In this document: positions 9,526-17,581 of the stretch, piece by piece
Layout: each line of letters starts with the position of its first letter
Numbering within the stretch: the first letter of the stretch is position 1
DNA from: Pseudomonadota bacterium
Lineage (GTDB): Bacteria; Pseudomonadota; Alphaproteobacteria; Rhizobiales; Xanthobacteraceae
Assembly: GCA_018971625.1 (NCBI GenBank)
Contig: JAGXAJ010000011.1
Coordinates: 4,336-68,335 of the forward strand
DNA length: 64,000 nucleotides
Direction of reading: 5' to 3'
Program-made: the position numbers and the translations under genes
Notes under the pieces: generated by a model
Seen by the model: the letters and a program-made list of their open reading frames with translations, nothing else
Databases searched by the model: none
Told to the model about the DNA's origin: nothing

Positions 9526-9585
9526 GATCAAGCAGACGTGGATCAAGCAGACGTGGATCAGGCAGACCTGGATCAAGCTGATCTG
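9526..9585. repeat. 15-bp tandem repeat x4 (GATCAAGCAGACGTG)
   Basis: Copies at 9526-9540 and 9541-9555 are identical. Copy 9556-9570 is GATCAGGCAGACCTG and copy 9571-9585 is GATCAAGCTGATCTG. The last copy overlaps the stop of ORF 9573..9788. Confidence 0.9.
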
Positions 9586-9788
9586 GGCCTGTTCTGAAGC
9601 TGAATCAGCGCCCGCCGGCTGACATAGGTCAATTCGCCAAGCGTGGTTTTGCCGCTGCGCGCAGCCTGCATCAGCTGTTCGGCAATGAACTTGCGGCTCT
9701 CATGATCGCCGCCATGCGGCAGCTCAGCGCAGATTGCATCAAGTACCACGTCCATATTGGCTTTCGTACGCTCGTCAAATTCTTCCAT
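9573..9788 (-). CDS. small hypothetical protein (71 aa)
   Basis: ATG ORF: MEEFDERTKANMDVVLDAICAELPHGGDHESRKFIAEQLMQAARSGKTTLGELTYVSRRAL.. It is plausibly helical. No family recognised. Confidence 0.5.
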   Translation of the reverse strand: MEEFDERTKANMDVVLDAICAELPHGGDHESRKFIAEQLMQAARSGKTTLGELTYVSRRALIQLQNRPRSA

Positions 9789-10274
9789 GGTCAGACCTTC
9801 CGACAGAACGGCGAGAGGCTACTCACGAGCTTCTCCCATTGCGGTTACCACTTTTTCCCGAAATTGGGAACCACGCTGCTGTCTGCGCGTTTTGTTGATG
9901 GAGCCTTGAGAGGTAGGCGGAGATGGAAAGTGCCGGGCATCAGGTGGCGAGCGCGTCTGTCGCGGCTATATTCTTGATCAGCATGCTGCTCGCCGCACAT
10001 TTTTTTACGGAATACCGATCAACCCGGATGCCGGCAATCGCAACGATGCAGCCCGCCGTGGAAACCGTGCCGGTTCGATCACGGCTACGGATTGAAGCAT
10101 TTGATAACGGCTCAATTTTATCAAGATGGCCAAACGGCGCTATCTGATCCACTTGCTGAGATGACGCCAGTTTCCTGCTTCTGGAACCCTTCCTGTTTTT
10201 CCCGATGCGGGGGAACGTCGGATGAAGTTGCCCGTTGGCAACCGGGCAATGAGCAGAGTAGGAGGAGAGAAACG

Positions 10275-10523
10275 ATGAGAGTTCTGACCAAAGCCGCCCT
10301 TGCCGGCGCCGCCCTGCTGGCATTTGCGACCACCAGCGCATCTGCCACCATTGTATGTTCCGGCGACGTCTGCTGGCACACCCACGAAGTCTATAACTAT
10401 CCGCCTGAGGCCAGGGTGATCGTTCACGAAGACAACTGGCGCTGGGGCCCGCGCGAAAGATACATCTTCCGCGAACATGAAGGCCGTGGCTACTGGCGCG
10501 ACAACAGGTGGACGGCCTGGTAG
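10275..10523 (+). CDS. small secreted Trp/Arg-rich protein (82 aa)
   Basis: In-frame ATG 10275 within track ORF 10092..10523, preceded by AGGAGGAGAGAAACG. Signal peptide MRVLTKAALAGAALLAFATTSASA. A strong terminator follows. Confidence 0.7.
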   Translation: MRVLTKAALAGAALLAFATTSASATIVCSGDVCWHTHEVYNYPPEARVIVHEDNWRWGPRERYIFREHEGRGYWRDNRWTAW

Positions 10524-10546
10524 CTGTTTGCCGAGGCGTCGTTTTT

Positions 10547-10583
10547 CGCCGTGAGACCGTCGTGGTCTCACGGCGATTTATTT
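10547..10583 (+). terminator. rho-independent terminator
   Basis: 12-bp perfect stem CGCCGTGAGACC / GGTCTCACGGCG with a 5-nt loop, followed by ATTTATTT. It starts 24 nt after the stop at 10523. Confidence 0.75.
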
Positions 10584-10822
10584 AGCAATCGCTTTTTATT
10601 TAGCGGTCCCTTTGCAAACCCTGATTTTCAAATGTCGCGAGCCGTTGCGGAACGATTGCCGATTTTTCTCGTGCTACGCTCGTGCTGGACGCTGCGGTTC
10701 GGCCGAAGCCGGAGTGAACGGCAACGCCGCTCGTCCGATATTTTCTGTTCACGGGAGCCGTGCTCCTAAGCCTGTCGTTTGTTGCCGAGCGGTATTTGCC
10801 GAAACTGGCAGACAAGATCGCC

Positions 10823-11179
10823 ATGGATGCCGATCGCTCCGCCATTCGCATCCACGCGGATCACCAATGGCCGGCGGCCGTCCGCATCGACACCAGCGTG
10901 CCGATGCCGCGGATCGTGTCGCCGACAGTGATTGCGAGCGAGGCTGCCCTCCCCGCTCCGGCCCGCGGGGCTAGTGTCAATCTTCCGGCGACGTCGCCAA
11001 CCGCTGCCAGGCAAGCAGCGACGCGCCAAGCACCACGTCTCGAGGTTGTCGGCCAGGGAAGTGCATCGGCATATCGCCTACCAATTGAATGCGTTTCCGG
11101 CAGCTTGGTAGCCGCCATGAAGAGAACACCCGGAACTGCTATCTCTGCGGATGTTTCATTCGTTGAACCATTGCCCTGA
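10823..11179 (+). CDS. hypothetical protein (weakly supported)
   Basis: In-frame ATG within track ORF 10760..11179. GC3-rich codons in the first half. No RBS or motif recognised. Confidence 0.25.
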   Translation: MDADRSAIRIHADHQWPAAVRIDTSVPMPRIVSPTVIASEAALPAPARGASVNLPATSPTAARQAATRQAPRLEVVGQGSASAYRLPIECVSGSLVAAMKRTPGTAISADVSFVEPLP

Positions 11180-11247
11180 CAGATGAGACATACCGCCGCG
11201 AGAGGGACTGGCCGCACCATCCCGGGCGGTCAGTTCCGGTTTTTCGC

Positions 11248-11892
11248 TCAGCCGAGTTCCATCTCGACGGCGAGTCGAATGAGATCGGAATGATTCTTGG
11301 CGCCGAGCTTCTGCTTGAGCAGGGAGGTGGTGTTGGCGACCGTCTTGTAGGAGATGCCGAGCGCGTCGGCGACCTCCACGATCTTGTTTCCCCGCCCCAA
11401 TAACCGGAGGATCTCAAGTTCCCGCGCATTCATCTGGGCTGACGGGTTGGCTTTGATCGCCGCGCCCATAAAGGCCACAGCTTCGGCCAGATGCGGCGAG
11501 ATGAATTTCTCACCGGCTATCACCTTGCGGACCGCCTTCACGAACAGCCGGGGATCGTCCCCTTTCGATATATAACCTTGCGCGCCCATCTCGATTGCCC
11601 GAACCACGAAGGCGGGGTCGTCGTTCATGCTGAACATGATGATCCTGGCGTCGGGATCGTCCTTCCTGATCCGCCGCATCAATTCAAAGCCAGAGACATC
11701 CGGCAACTTGATATCGATGACGGTAACGTTGGGACGCTTCTGCACGTAGGCGCGATGGCCGGACCTGGCATCGCTCGCTTCATCGATCTTCACGGAATCA
11801 TCCGACGCGAACAGCGACCGGCAACCCGACACCACCACCGGGTGGTCGTCGACAATCAATACCTTGGCGGCGGATTTCGGCGTATCCTGCAC
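11248..11892 (-). CDS. two-component response regulator, NarL/FixJ (LuxR-type HTH) family
   Basis: Receiver domain (VLIVDDHP...VTVIDIKLPDVSG) plus a C-terminal LuxR HTH (ARELEILRLLGRGNKIVEVADALGISYKTVANTTSLLKQKLG). Confidence 0.9.
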   Translation of the reverse strand: MQDTPKSAAKVLIVDDHPVVVSGCRSLFASDDSVKIDEASDARSGHRAYVQKRPNVTVIDIKLPDVSGFELMRRIRKDDPDARIIMFSMNDDPAFVVRAIEMGAQGYISKGDDPRLFVKAVRKVIAGEKFISPHLAEAVAFMGAAIKANPSAQMNARELEILRLLGRGNKIVEVADALGISYKTVANTTSLLKQKLGAKNHSDLIRLAVEMELG

Positions 11893-11965
11893 GGATTCCT
11901 CGTCTATGGGGAAGATAGGATATCGGCGAAAACTTTAAAGAGAAATCGAGCACAACCTGATTGGA

Positions 11966-13294
11966 ATGTTCCCAATGTGGCAACGGCTTTCCTTGCGTGC
12001 CCGTCTGTCGCTGCCCATGGTGGCGATGATTCTCGTGTCGCTCGCGCTTGGCGGTGTAGCACTGCAGATCGTCTCTCCGGAACAGTTCGAACATGAGAAT
12101 GCGCAAGGGGCTCGTTCGGCAAAAGCCGTCGCTGACGCGCTCAGCGCGGCGCTTGCGGGCTCCGCAAATCCCGCGGCCACGCTTGATGCCTTTCACAACA
12201 GTCTCGGCCCCCCCGACGCAATCGAGTTTCAGCGCACCGGACCTTCGCCAGTCCCGGGAGTCCGCGTATCCGCAGCAACCGTGCCGCGATGGTTCATCGC
12301 GCTCCTTAGCATTCCCGACATCGGCGCTGTATATCCCGTCACCATTGGCGCCGACCATGTCGGCGACATCATCTTCACGCCCGATGTTTCGGCGGACGTG
12401 TTCGAAAAATGGGTTGGATTTCTCGCCATCGTCGTGTCGGGATCGGTGCTGATGCTGCTCGCGGCGCTGAGCTCCTATTTCACTACAGGCGCCGCAATCC
12501 GGCCGCTCGGACAGCTCGCGCAAGGTCTCACGCGGCTGCGCAAGGGCCACTACGACACCGTGATTCCCCTGGCTGGGCCGCCCGAAATCCGCAGGAGCTG
12601 CGAAGAAGCCAACCAGCTCGCCCGTACGCTGAAGGGGCTGAGCCAGCGTAACCGGGAGCTGGTGCGCAGGGTCGTATCGGTGCAGGACGACGAACGGCGC
12701 GAGCTGGCGCGGGAGCTGCACGACGAATTGGGGCCGTTGTTGTTCGCGATCCGGGCCAATGCCACCGCGCTGTCGGAAGCTGCCGCGACCGGCGGCGCCG
12801 ATCCAGCCGCGTCCGCGAAAAACATTCTGCAGGCCGCCGAGACGCTGCACCAGGCCAATCGCCGTATCCTGGAAGGGCTGAGCCCGCTTCATGTGCAGGA
12901 ACTCGGCCTTGCACAAAGTATTCAGACCCTGCTGCACAATGCGCGCTCTCAGGCGCCAAATCTCAGGCTTACCGCAAACATCGACCCTCGGGTGAACGAA
13001 ATCGACGGCGTGCTGTCGCAGACCATCTACCGCGTCATCCAGGAAAGCCTGACCAACGTGCTTCGGCACGCGCATGCAACCACGATCGATGTCAATGCCG
13101 GGATTATGGACGAAGAGATCGCAATTGCGATTTCGGATGACGGCATCGGCCTTTCCCCCGAACGCACTTTCGGGCGGGGCCTGACCGGCATGCGTGAACG
13201 GGTTCGCGCGCTCGACGGAACCTTCGAACTGCATCGGGAGAACGGCCGGACGCTGGTTCGTTGCCGTCTGCCGCTGGAACACGCCATCGGTTGA
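11966..13294 (+). CDS. sensor histidine kinase (HisKA_3 / NarX-like)
   Basis: Two TM segments, a HAMP-like linker, H-box ELARELHDELGPLLFAI and an ATPase region (ISDDGIGL, GLTGMRERV). Divergent from the response regulator gene. Confidence 0.9.
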   Translation: MFPMWQRLSLRARLSLPMVAMILVSLALGGVALQIVSPEQFEHENAQGARSAKAVADALSAALAGSANPAATLDAFHNSLGPPDAIEFQRTGPSPVPGVRVSAATVPRWFIALLSIPDIGAVYPVTIGADHVGDIIFTPDVSADVFEKWVGFLAIVVSGSVLMLLAALSSYFTTGAAIRPLGQLAQGLTRLRKGHYDTVIPLAGPPEIRRSCEEANQLARTLKGLSQRNRELVRRVVSVQDDERRELARELHDELGPLLFAIRANATALSEAAATGGADPAASAKNILQAAETLHQANRRILEGLSPLHVQELGLAQSIQTLLHNARSQAPNLRLTANIDPRVNEIDGVLSQTIYRVIQESLTNVLRHAHATTIDVNAGIMDEEIAIAISDDGIGLSPERTFGRGLTGMRERVRALDGTFELHRENGRTLVRCRLPLEHAIG

Positions 13295-13300
13295 AAGCAA

Positions 13301-13636
13301 TCAGCGTGCGGGCTCGCAGCGCATGTGCGCAATTCTGCCGCTTGCGTCGAAGTTGAACACGACGCGGGCCGGTTTGCCCTCGAAGTTAAGGTAATCGAGC
13401 AGCACGCCATCGCCATGCGGTGAAATCTTCTCGAGCCCGAACGCCTTCGGGGCAAAGCCATCAAGCTTCGGCTTCCAATAGGCCGCAAGTCTGTCGTGGC
13501 CCGAAAGGGTTATGGACGCGCAAGCGCACTCAAGGGCAGCATCGTCGGCATAGCAATCGAGCAGCCCTTCGACGTCCTGATTCCTGCAGGCGTCGAGCCA
13601 GTCCACAACGACCGCCATTTTGTCGAAACGATCCAC
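13301..13636 (-). CDS. NTF2-like (SnoaL-type) family protein
   Basis: 111 aa. VVDWLDACRNQDVEGLLDCYADDAALE is typical of SnoaL/NTF2-like small proteins. Confidence 0.6.
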   Translation of the reverse strand: MDRFDKMAVVVDWLDACRNQDVEGLLDCYADDAALECACASITLSGHDRLAAYWKPKLDGFAPKAFGLEKISPHGDGVLLDYLNFEGKPARVVFNFDASGRIAHMRCEPAR

Positions 13637-13865
13637 TGTCAGTCTGATCCAATTGCGTCATCGCGCGTGCCCCGTCAGCAGACAAGCGTCTAGATCGATA
13701 GCACTGAACAGGGCATGAACGCCACGTTGTAGCGGCTTCACCAGAAGCGACGAAGCCTGAGCACCACGATCCAGCGTGCTTCGGAGAAAGCGTACGATCG
13801 GCTGATCGTTGCAGTTCGGAACGCAATCTTTACCAAAGAAAACCCCGGCGAATCGGCGGCTCATC

Positions 13866-14003
13866 CTATCTCCAGTGATGGTGCCAATGATGATGGTGCC
13901 AGTGGTGATGATGCCAGTGATGGTGCCAATGTGCGCTGGCGACCGTAGGTGCAGCGACCGACAGCGCCACGGCCGCGGTAAGAACGTAAGCCAACTTCTT
14001 CAT
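13866..14003 (-). CDS. exported His/Trp-only peptide (45 aa precursor)
   Basis: In-frame ATG 14003 within track ORF 13866..14102, with GAGG 5 nt upstream. MKKLAYVLTAAVALSVAAPTVASA (signal, ASA-H cleavage motif), then HWHHHWHHHHWHHHHWHHHWR*. Confidence 0.65.
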   Translation of the reverse strand: MKKLAYVLTAAVALSVAAPTVASAHWHHHWHHHHWHHHHWHHHWR

Positions 14004-14269
14004 TTTGACCTCAGGAGCTTGAATACCGCCCGTCAACCCGCCTGGAAGCCGAATGTTCCGGGGAGGAAACCTGGCGAATGGTTTGGCCTGGCGCATTCTC
14101 AACAGCGCCCCGTTTTTCCCAGCGTCAAAAACCCGATTTGTCGAGTGGATTCATGTTGATTTGGGTGGTCCAGACCTCGGCCTAAAAATATTTCCCTTAT
14201 CATCCGGAGCAAATCAGTTCTTTTTCTTCTACATCCTGACTCGAGAGGAGGGGCGTATTATGATCGTCA

Positions 14270-14720
14270 CGAACGTTGAGGCGGGATGCGGTGGACGCTA
14301 GGCCACGTCGGCGCGCGCGCCTTGCGCGCGGACGAACGACGAGGCTGGCGTACGGCGAAGTCGTGTGGTTCTGACGCCCCGACGCTGGCGTCAAGTTCTT
14401 GAGAAGCTAACGCTTCTCAGGGGCGACGGTGACAACAAAGCCGGTCACCGGGAAGAGCGCGAAGGAAACCGTAAAGCCATCGCGCAGGGAATGCCGGTTG
14501 ATCTCGGTGAACCTGTGGCGACTACCCCGTGCATTTTTTGCACGAACCACGGGTGCCATCGGACACCCGGCATTCCCCGCGCCCTCTTTTTGGAGGATCG
14601 CGCCGCGCCTTGAGGGGTCGCCCCGCGCCCTCTTCTTCCAGGCGTGTATTTTTTTCAAACCCCGGACCCATCGCGTCGCGGGATCGCGAAGCCGCGTTCG
14701 CGCGCAATCGCCGGTCATCT
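14270..14720. repeat. composite intergenic repeat region (family common in Bradyrhizobiaceae intergenic DNA, recalled from memory)
   Basis: No credible long ORF. Hairpin GACGCC-n8-GGCGTC at 14372-14391. Direct repeat CCGCGCCCTCTT at about 14577 and 14620. Track ORFs here (e.g. ..GHPAFPAPSFWRIAPR..) resemble spurious translations I recall from this repeat family. Confidence 0.5.
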
Positions 14721-14832
14721 GTCCGGCAGGCCAAATTCATTATGTATAATCAATTTGCCGCGCGTTTATAATTCGAGCCGCCGCCGGGAATGGCAAAATG
14801 CCGAAACTGGAGCCGTCGACAAGGATGCATCC

Positions 14833-15579
14833 ATGACCATCAAGGCCGTTGTGTTCGATGCCTATGGCACGCTTTACGACGTGCAGTCGGTGGCGGCGGT
14901 TACCGAAGAAGCATTTCCGGGTTACGGCGAGATCATCACCCAGGTCTGGCGGATCAAGCAGCTCGAATATTCCTGGCTGCGTTCGCTGATGCGGCGCTAC
15001 GAGGATTTTTCCGTGCTGACGCAGGAGTCGCTCGCCTACACGCTGCGCATTCTGGGGCTGAAATACGACGACGGCGTGTTCGCGCAACTGATGGAAAAAT
15101 ATCTGCATCTCGATCTCTATCCGGATGCCGAGGCGGCGCTCGCGGCGCTGAAAGGCCGCAAGCTTGCGATCCTTTCCAACGGCTCTAGCGACATGCTGAA
15201 TGCGCTGGTGCGCAACAGCGGGCTCGATCGCGTGCTCGATGCGACTATCAGTATCGACTCCAAACGGATATTCAAGCCGGCGCCGGACGCCTATCTGCTG
15301 ATCGAGGAAAAGCTCGGCGTGCGGCCTTCGGACGTCTTGTTCGTTTCGTCCAATCCATGGGATGCCTGTGGCGCCAAATCCTTTGGCCTCAACGTCGCCT
15401 GGATCGAGCGGGTGACGCCGGAGGCGATGGCGCAGGCTTGCATCAAGAACGACACGGTCGCGCCACTGACCCTGTTCAAGGCGGTCCGGACGCAGATGGA
15501 CGAGCTCGGCGTCGAACCGGATTACCGCATCTACACGCTATCGGAATTGCCTGGGGTTATTGCCGCTTATGAGTCTTGA
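14833..15579 (+). CDS. haloacid dehalogenase type II (L-2-haloacid dehalogenase family)
   Basis: In-frame ATG 14833. Motifs VVFDAYGTLYDV (nucleophile Asp motif) and FVSSNPWDACGA, characteristic of type II HAD. Confidence 0.85.
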   Translation: MTIKAVVFDAYGTLYDVQSVAAVTEEAFPGYGEIITQVWRIKQLEYSWLRSLMRRYEDFSVLTQESLAYTLRILGLKYDDGVFAQLMEKYLHLDLYPDAEAALAALKGRKLAILSNGSSDMLNALVRNSGLDRVLDATISIDSKRIFKPAPDAYLLIEEKLGVRPSDVLFVSSNPWDACGAKSFGLNVAWIERVTPEAMAQACIKNDTVAPLTLFKAVRTQMDELGVEPDYRIYTLSELPGVIAAYES

Positions 15580-16054
15580 ATCGGTTCGCGCGTTTTTCGC
15601 GGAAAAAGCCTCCGACATCCAGGTGATCGAATCGACGATGAGTTCGGCAACGGTCGTGCTCGCGGCCGAGGCTTACGGCGTCGAACCGGCGCGGATCGCC
15701 AAGACGCTGAGCCTGCGGATCGGAGATCGTGTCGTACTGATCGTGGCGAGCGGCACCGCGCGGATGGACAACAAGAAAGTAAAGGCGCTGTTCGGCATCA
15801 AGCCAAAGATGCTCGGGCTCGACGAGGTCGCCGACATCACCGGCCATGAAATCGGCGGCGTCTGCCCGTTCGGCCTGAAAACGCCGCTGCCGGTCTATTG
15901 CGATATGTCGCTGAAGGCATTCGACATCGTGGTGCCAGCCGCGGGCTCGACTCACAGCGCGGTGCGTATCACGCCGCAGCGGATGGCGGAATTGACCGGG
16001 GCGGAATGGGTCGATGTCTGTCAGGTGCCAGTCCGGGAAGTGCCGGTGGCGTGA
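15569..16054 (+). CDS. YbaK/EbsC-family aminoacyl-tRNA editing (deacylase) domain protein
   Basis: Track ORF 15560..16054. IAKTLSLRIGDRVVLIVASG...GHEIGGVCPFG is typical of YbaK/ProX. ATG 15569 overlaps the HAD stop. Confidence 0.75.
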   Translation: MSLESVRAFFAEKASDIQVIESTMSSATVVLAAEAYGVEPARIAKTLSLRIGDRVVLIVASGTARMDNKKVKALFGIKPKMLGLDEVADITGHEIGGVCPFGLKTPLPVYCDMSLKAFDIVVPAAGSTHSAVRITPQRMAELTGAEWVDVCQVPVREVPVA

Positions 16055-16065
16055 AATCAACAGCG

Positions 16066-16371
16066 CTATTGATCGTCGTCGATGCTGCGCGGCTGAACTT
16101 CGCGTCGTCCCGGCGCTGCCGATTGTTGCATGCTGTCATTCGATTCGAACACCGCGCGACAGGGACCGCTGAGCTGCGCGGTGTTTTGCCGGAGGCAACC
16201 GACGATCCGGTTGACGTCGGGAATCTGCGCGCCGCAGAACCGGAACACGTCCGGCGTGCAGGCCATCTGCTGTTCCATGCTGCCGCGATATTCCTCCGCG
16301 ACCGCAACGCCCTGCGCCGCGAACGCGCCGACGGCGATCGCAATGTTCAGCATTGTCCGCTGCGCTGCCAT
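16066..16371 (-). CDS. secreted cysteine-rich repeat protein (101 aa)
   Basis: In-frame ATG 16371 with GAAAGGA RBS, inside the spurious 305-aa track ORF. Signal peptide, then C..D...FC......V...CL......LS..C repeat spacing. Confidence 0.7.
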   Translation of the reverse strand: MAAQRTMLNIAIAVGAFAAQGVAVAEEYRGSMEQQMACTPDVFRFCGAQIPDVNRIVGCLRQNTAQLSGPCRAVFESNDSMQQSAAPGRREVQPRSIDDDQ

Positions 16372-16553
16372 GGGCGGTCCTTTCTTCAAATGAAAAAAAT
16401 CGCTGCATTCCCGCGCGCGGGTTCCATGCGGCCTCCGCCCGTCTGAGATCGCAAATAAATGAGGCCAACGAAGGTTCTTACCGTACAACAAAATGTGAAG
16501 GACAGGTCCGGGTGCGTAGCGGCGGAGCGCCTGCACCAACGTCACGCCCAGAC

Positions 16554-17465
16554 CTATTTCCGCTTCCTTTGCCTGGCAAAGCGCGTCGCCAAAAACTCCG
16601 CCAGCACCTCGACGCGGGCCGGGCGCGGGCCGCCGGGCGGCATCACCAGATGCACCGCGCCTTCGGTCTGCTTCCAGCCTTTCAGGATCACCTCGACCTC
16701 GCCCGAGGCGATGGCATCGCCAACAATGAAATCCGGCAGGTCTGCGATACCAAGGCCCGCGACCAGCGCCGGCAACACGGCCTCTCCATTGTTGACACGC
16801 AGCTGCCCGGCCGGCCGCACGCTGGCCTGTTCGCCTGCGGCGTTGGTGTAGTGCCAGATATTCGGCGTCGAGAGATAGGCATAGGCAAAGCAACGGTGTT
16901 GCGCCAGATGCATCGGATGGGTCGGCCGGCCATATTTGTTGAGATAAGCAGGCGCAGCGACTGTGTGGCGTGGCATCCCGCACAGCCGCCGCGCGATCAA
17001 CGAGGAGTCCGGCAGGCTGGCGATCCGCAAGCCTGCATCAAAACCTTCGCCGATCAGGTCGACCATGGCGTCACTGAGGTGCAGGTCGATCGAAACTTCA
17101 GGGTAGGCCTTCAGAAACTCGGGCAGGATCGGCGCCACCACTTTCACGCCGAAGGTCATGGGTACGGCCAGCCGCACCAGCCCGCGCGGCGCGATCGATT
17201 GCGACAACGCCTCGTTTTCCGCGTCCTCGCCATCCGCGAGCAGACGCGCGGCGCGCGCCGCGAGTTTTTGTCCGGCATCGGTCAAGGCGAGCCGCCGCGA
17301 GGTACGATTAAACAGCCGGGCGCCCAGCCGTTCCTCAAGTCGGCTGACCGCCTTCGACACCGTGGGCTTGGACAGCGCCAGTTCGGCTGCGGCCGCCGCA
17401 AACGACCGCAACTCCACGACCTTGGCGAAGATCGCGAGCGCCTCGAAATCCGGGAGTTTTGACAT
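16554..17465 (-). CDS. LysR family transcriptional regulator
   Basis: N-terminal HTH (FAKVVELRSFAAAAAELALSKPTVSKAVSRLEERLGARLFNRTSRRLALTDAG). Start probably MSKLPDFEA (17465). Divergent from the SDR-pirin-wrbA genes. Confidence 0.9.
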   Translation of the reverse strand: MSKLPDFEALAIFAKVVELRSFAAAAAELALSKPTVSKAVSRLEERLGARLFNRTSRRLALTDAGQKLAARAARLLADGEDAENEALSQSIAPRGLVRLAVPMTFGVKVVAPILPEFLKAYPEVSIDLHLSDAMVDLIGEGFDAGLRIASLPDSSLIARRLCGMPRHTVAAPAYLNKYGRPTHPMHLAQHRCFAYAYLSTPNIWHYTNAAGEQASVRPAGQLRVNNGEAVLPALVAGLGIADLPDFIVGDAIASGEVEVILKGWKQTEGAVHLVMPPGGPRPARVEVLAEFLATRFARQRKRK

Positions 17466-17492
17466 CGGTCCCAGCCCCTTATCCAATTTTTG

Positions 17493-17516
17493 GAAACAAT
17501 AAGTTTCTATTGTTTC
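17493..17516. promoter_or_regulatory. candidate LysR operator: GAAACAATA-n6-TATTGTTTC
   Basis: Perfect 9-bp inverted repeat with an ATA-n6-TAT core, in the 116-bp divergent intergenic region. Confidence 0.5.
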
Positions 17517-17581
17517 TATTTATACATCTCCGGTCCCGGCATATCCACAAGCCATCGAATTTGCGGACATGGAGAAATCCG

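Noticed and set aside
8046-9585. CRISPR array
   Set aside because: The 15-bp units are directly adjacent with no spacers and are too short for CRISPR repeats. No cas genes are present.
9923-10147. 74-aa ORF with one hydrophobic segment
   Set aside because: The GGAG abuts the ATG with no spacing, and the rest of the product is not protein-like. It cannot be supported.
11798-13300. 500-aa minus-strand ORF
   Set aside because: It is antisense to the histidine kinase gene, which has H-box and ATPase motifs. No motifs are visible in the antisense product.
13809-14159. Plus-strand ORF with Met/Val/Pro repeats (MVPMMMVPVVMMPVMVPM)
   Set aside because: It is the mirror image of the His/Trp codon repeat on the other strand. 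It has no signal peptide or RBS. The minus-strand reading has both.
16353-17462. 369-aa plus-strand ORF, and the 305-aa minus ORF 16066..16983
   Set aside because: The first is antisense to the LysR gene. The second is real only for its last 101 codons (Cys-rich secreted protein with its own RBS). The remainder is Arg/Gly-rich junk overlapping the LysR 3' end.
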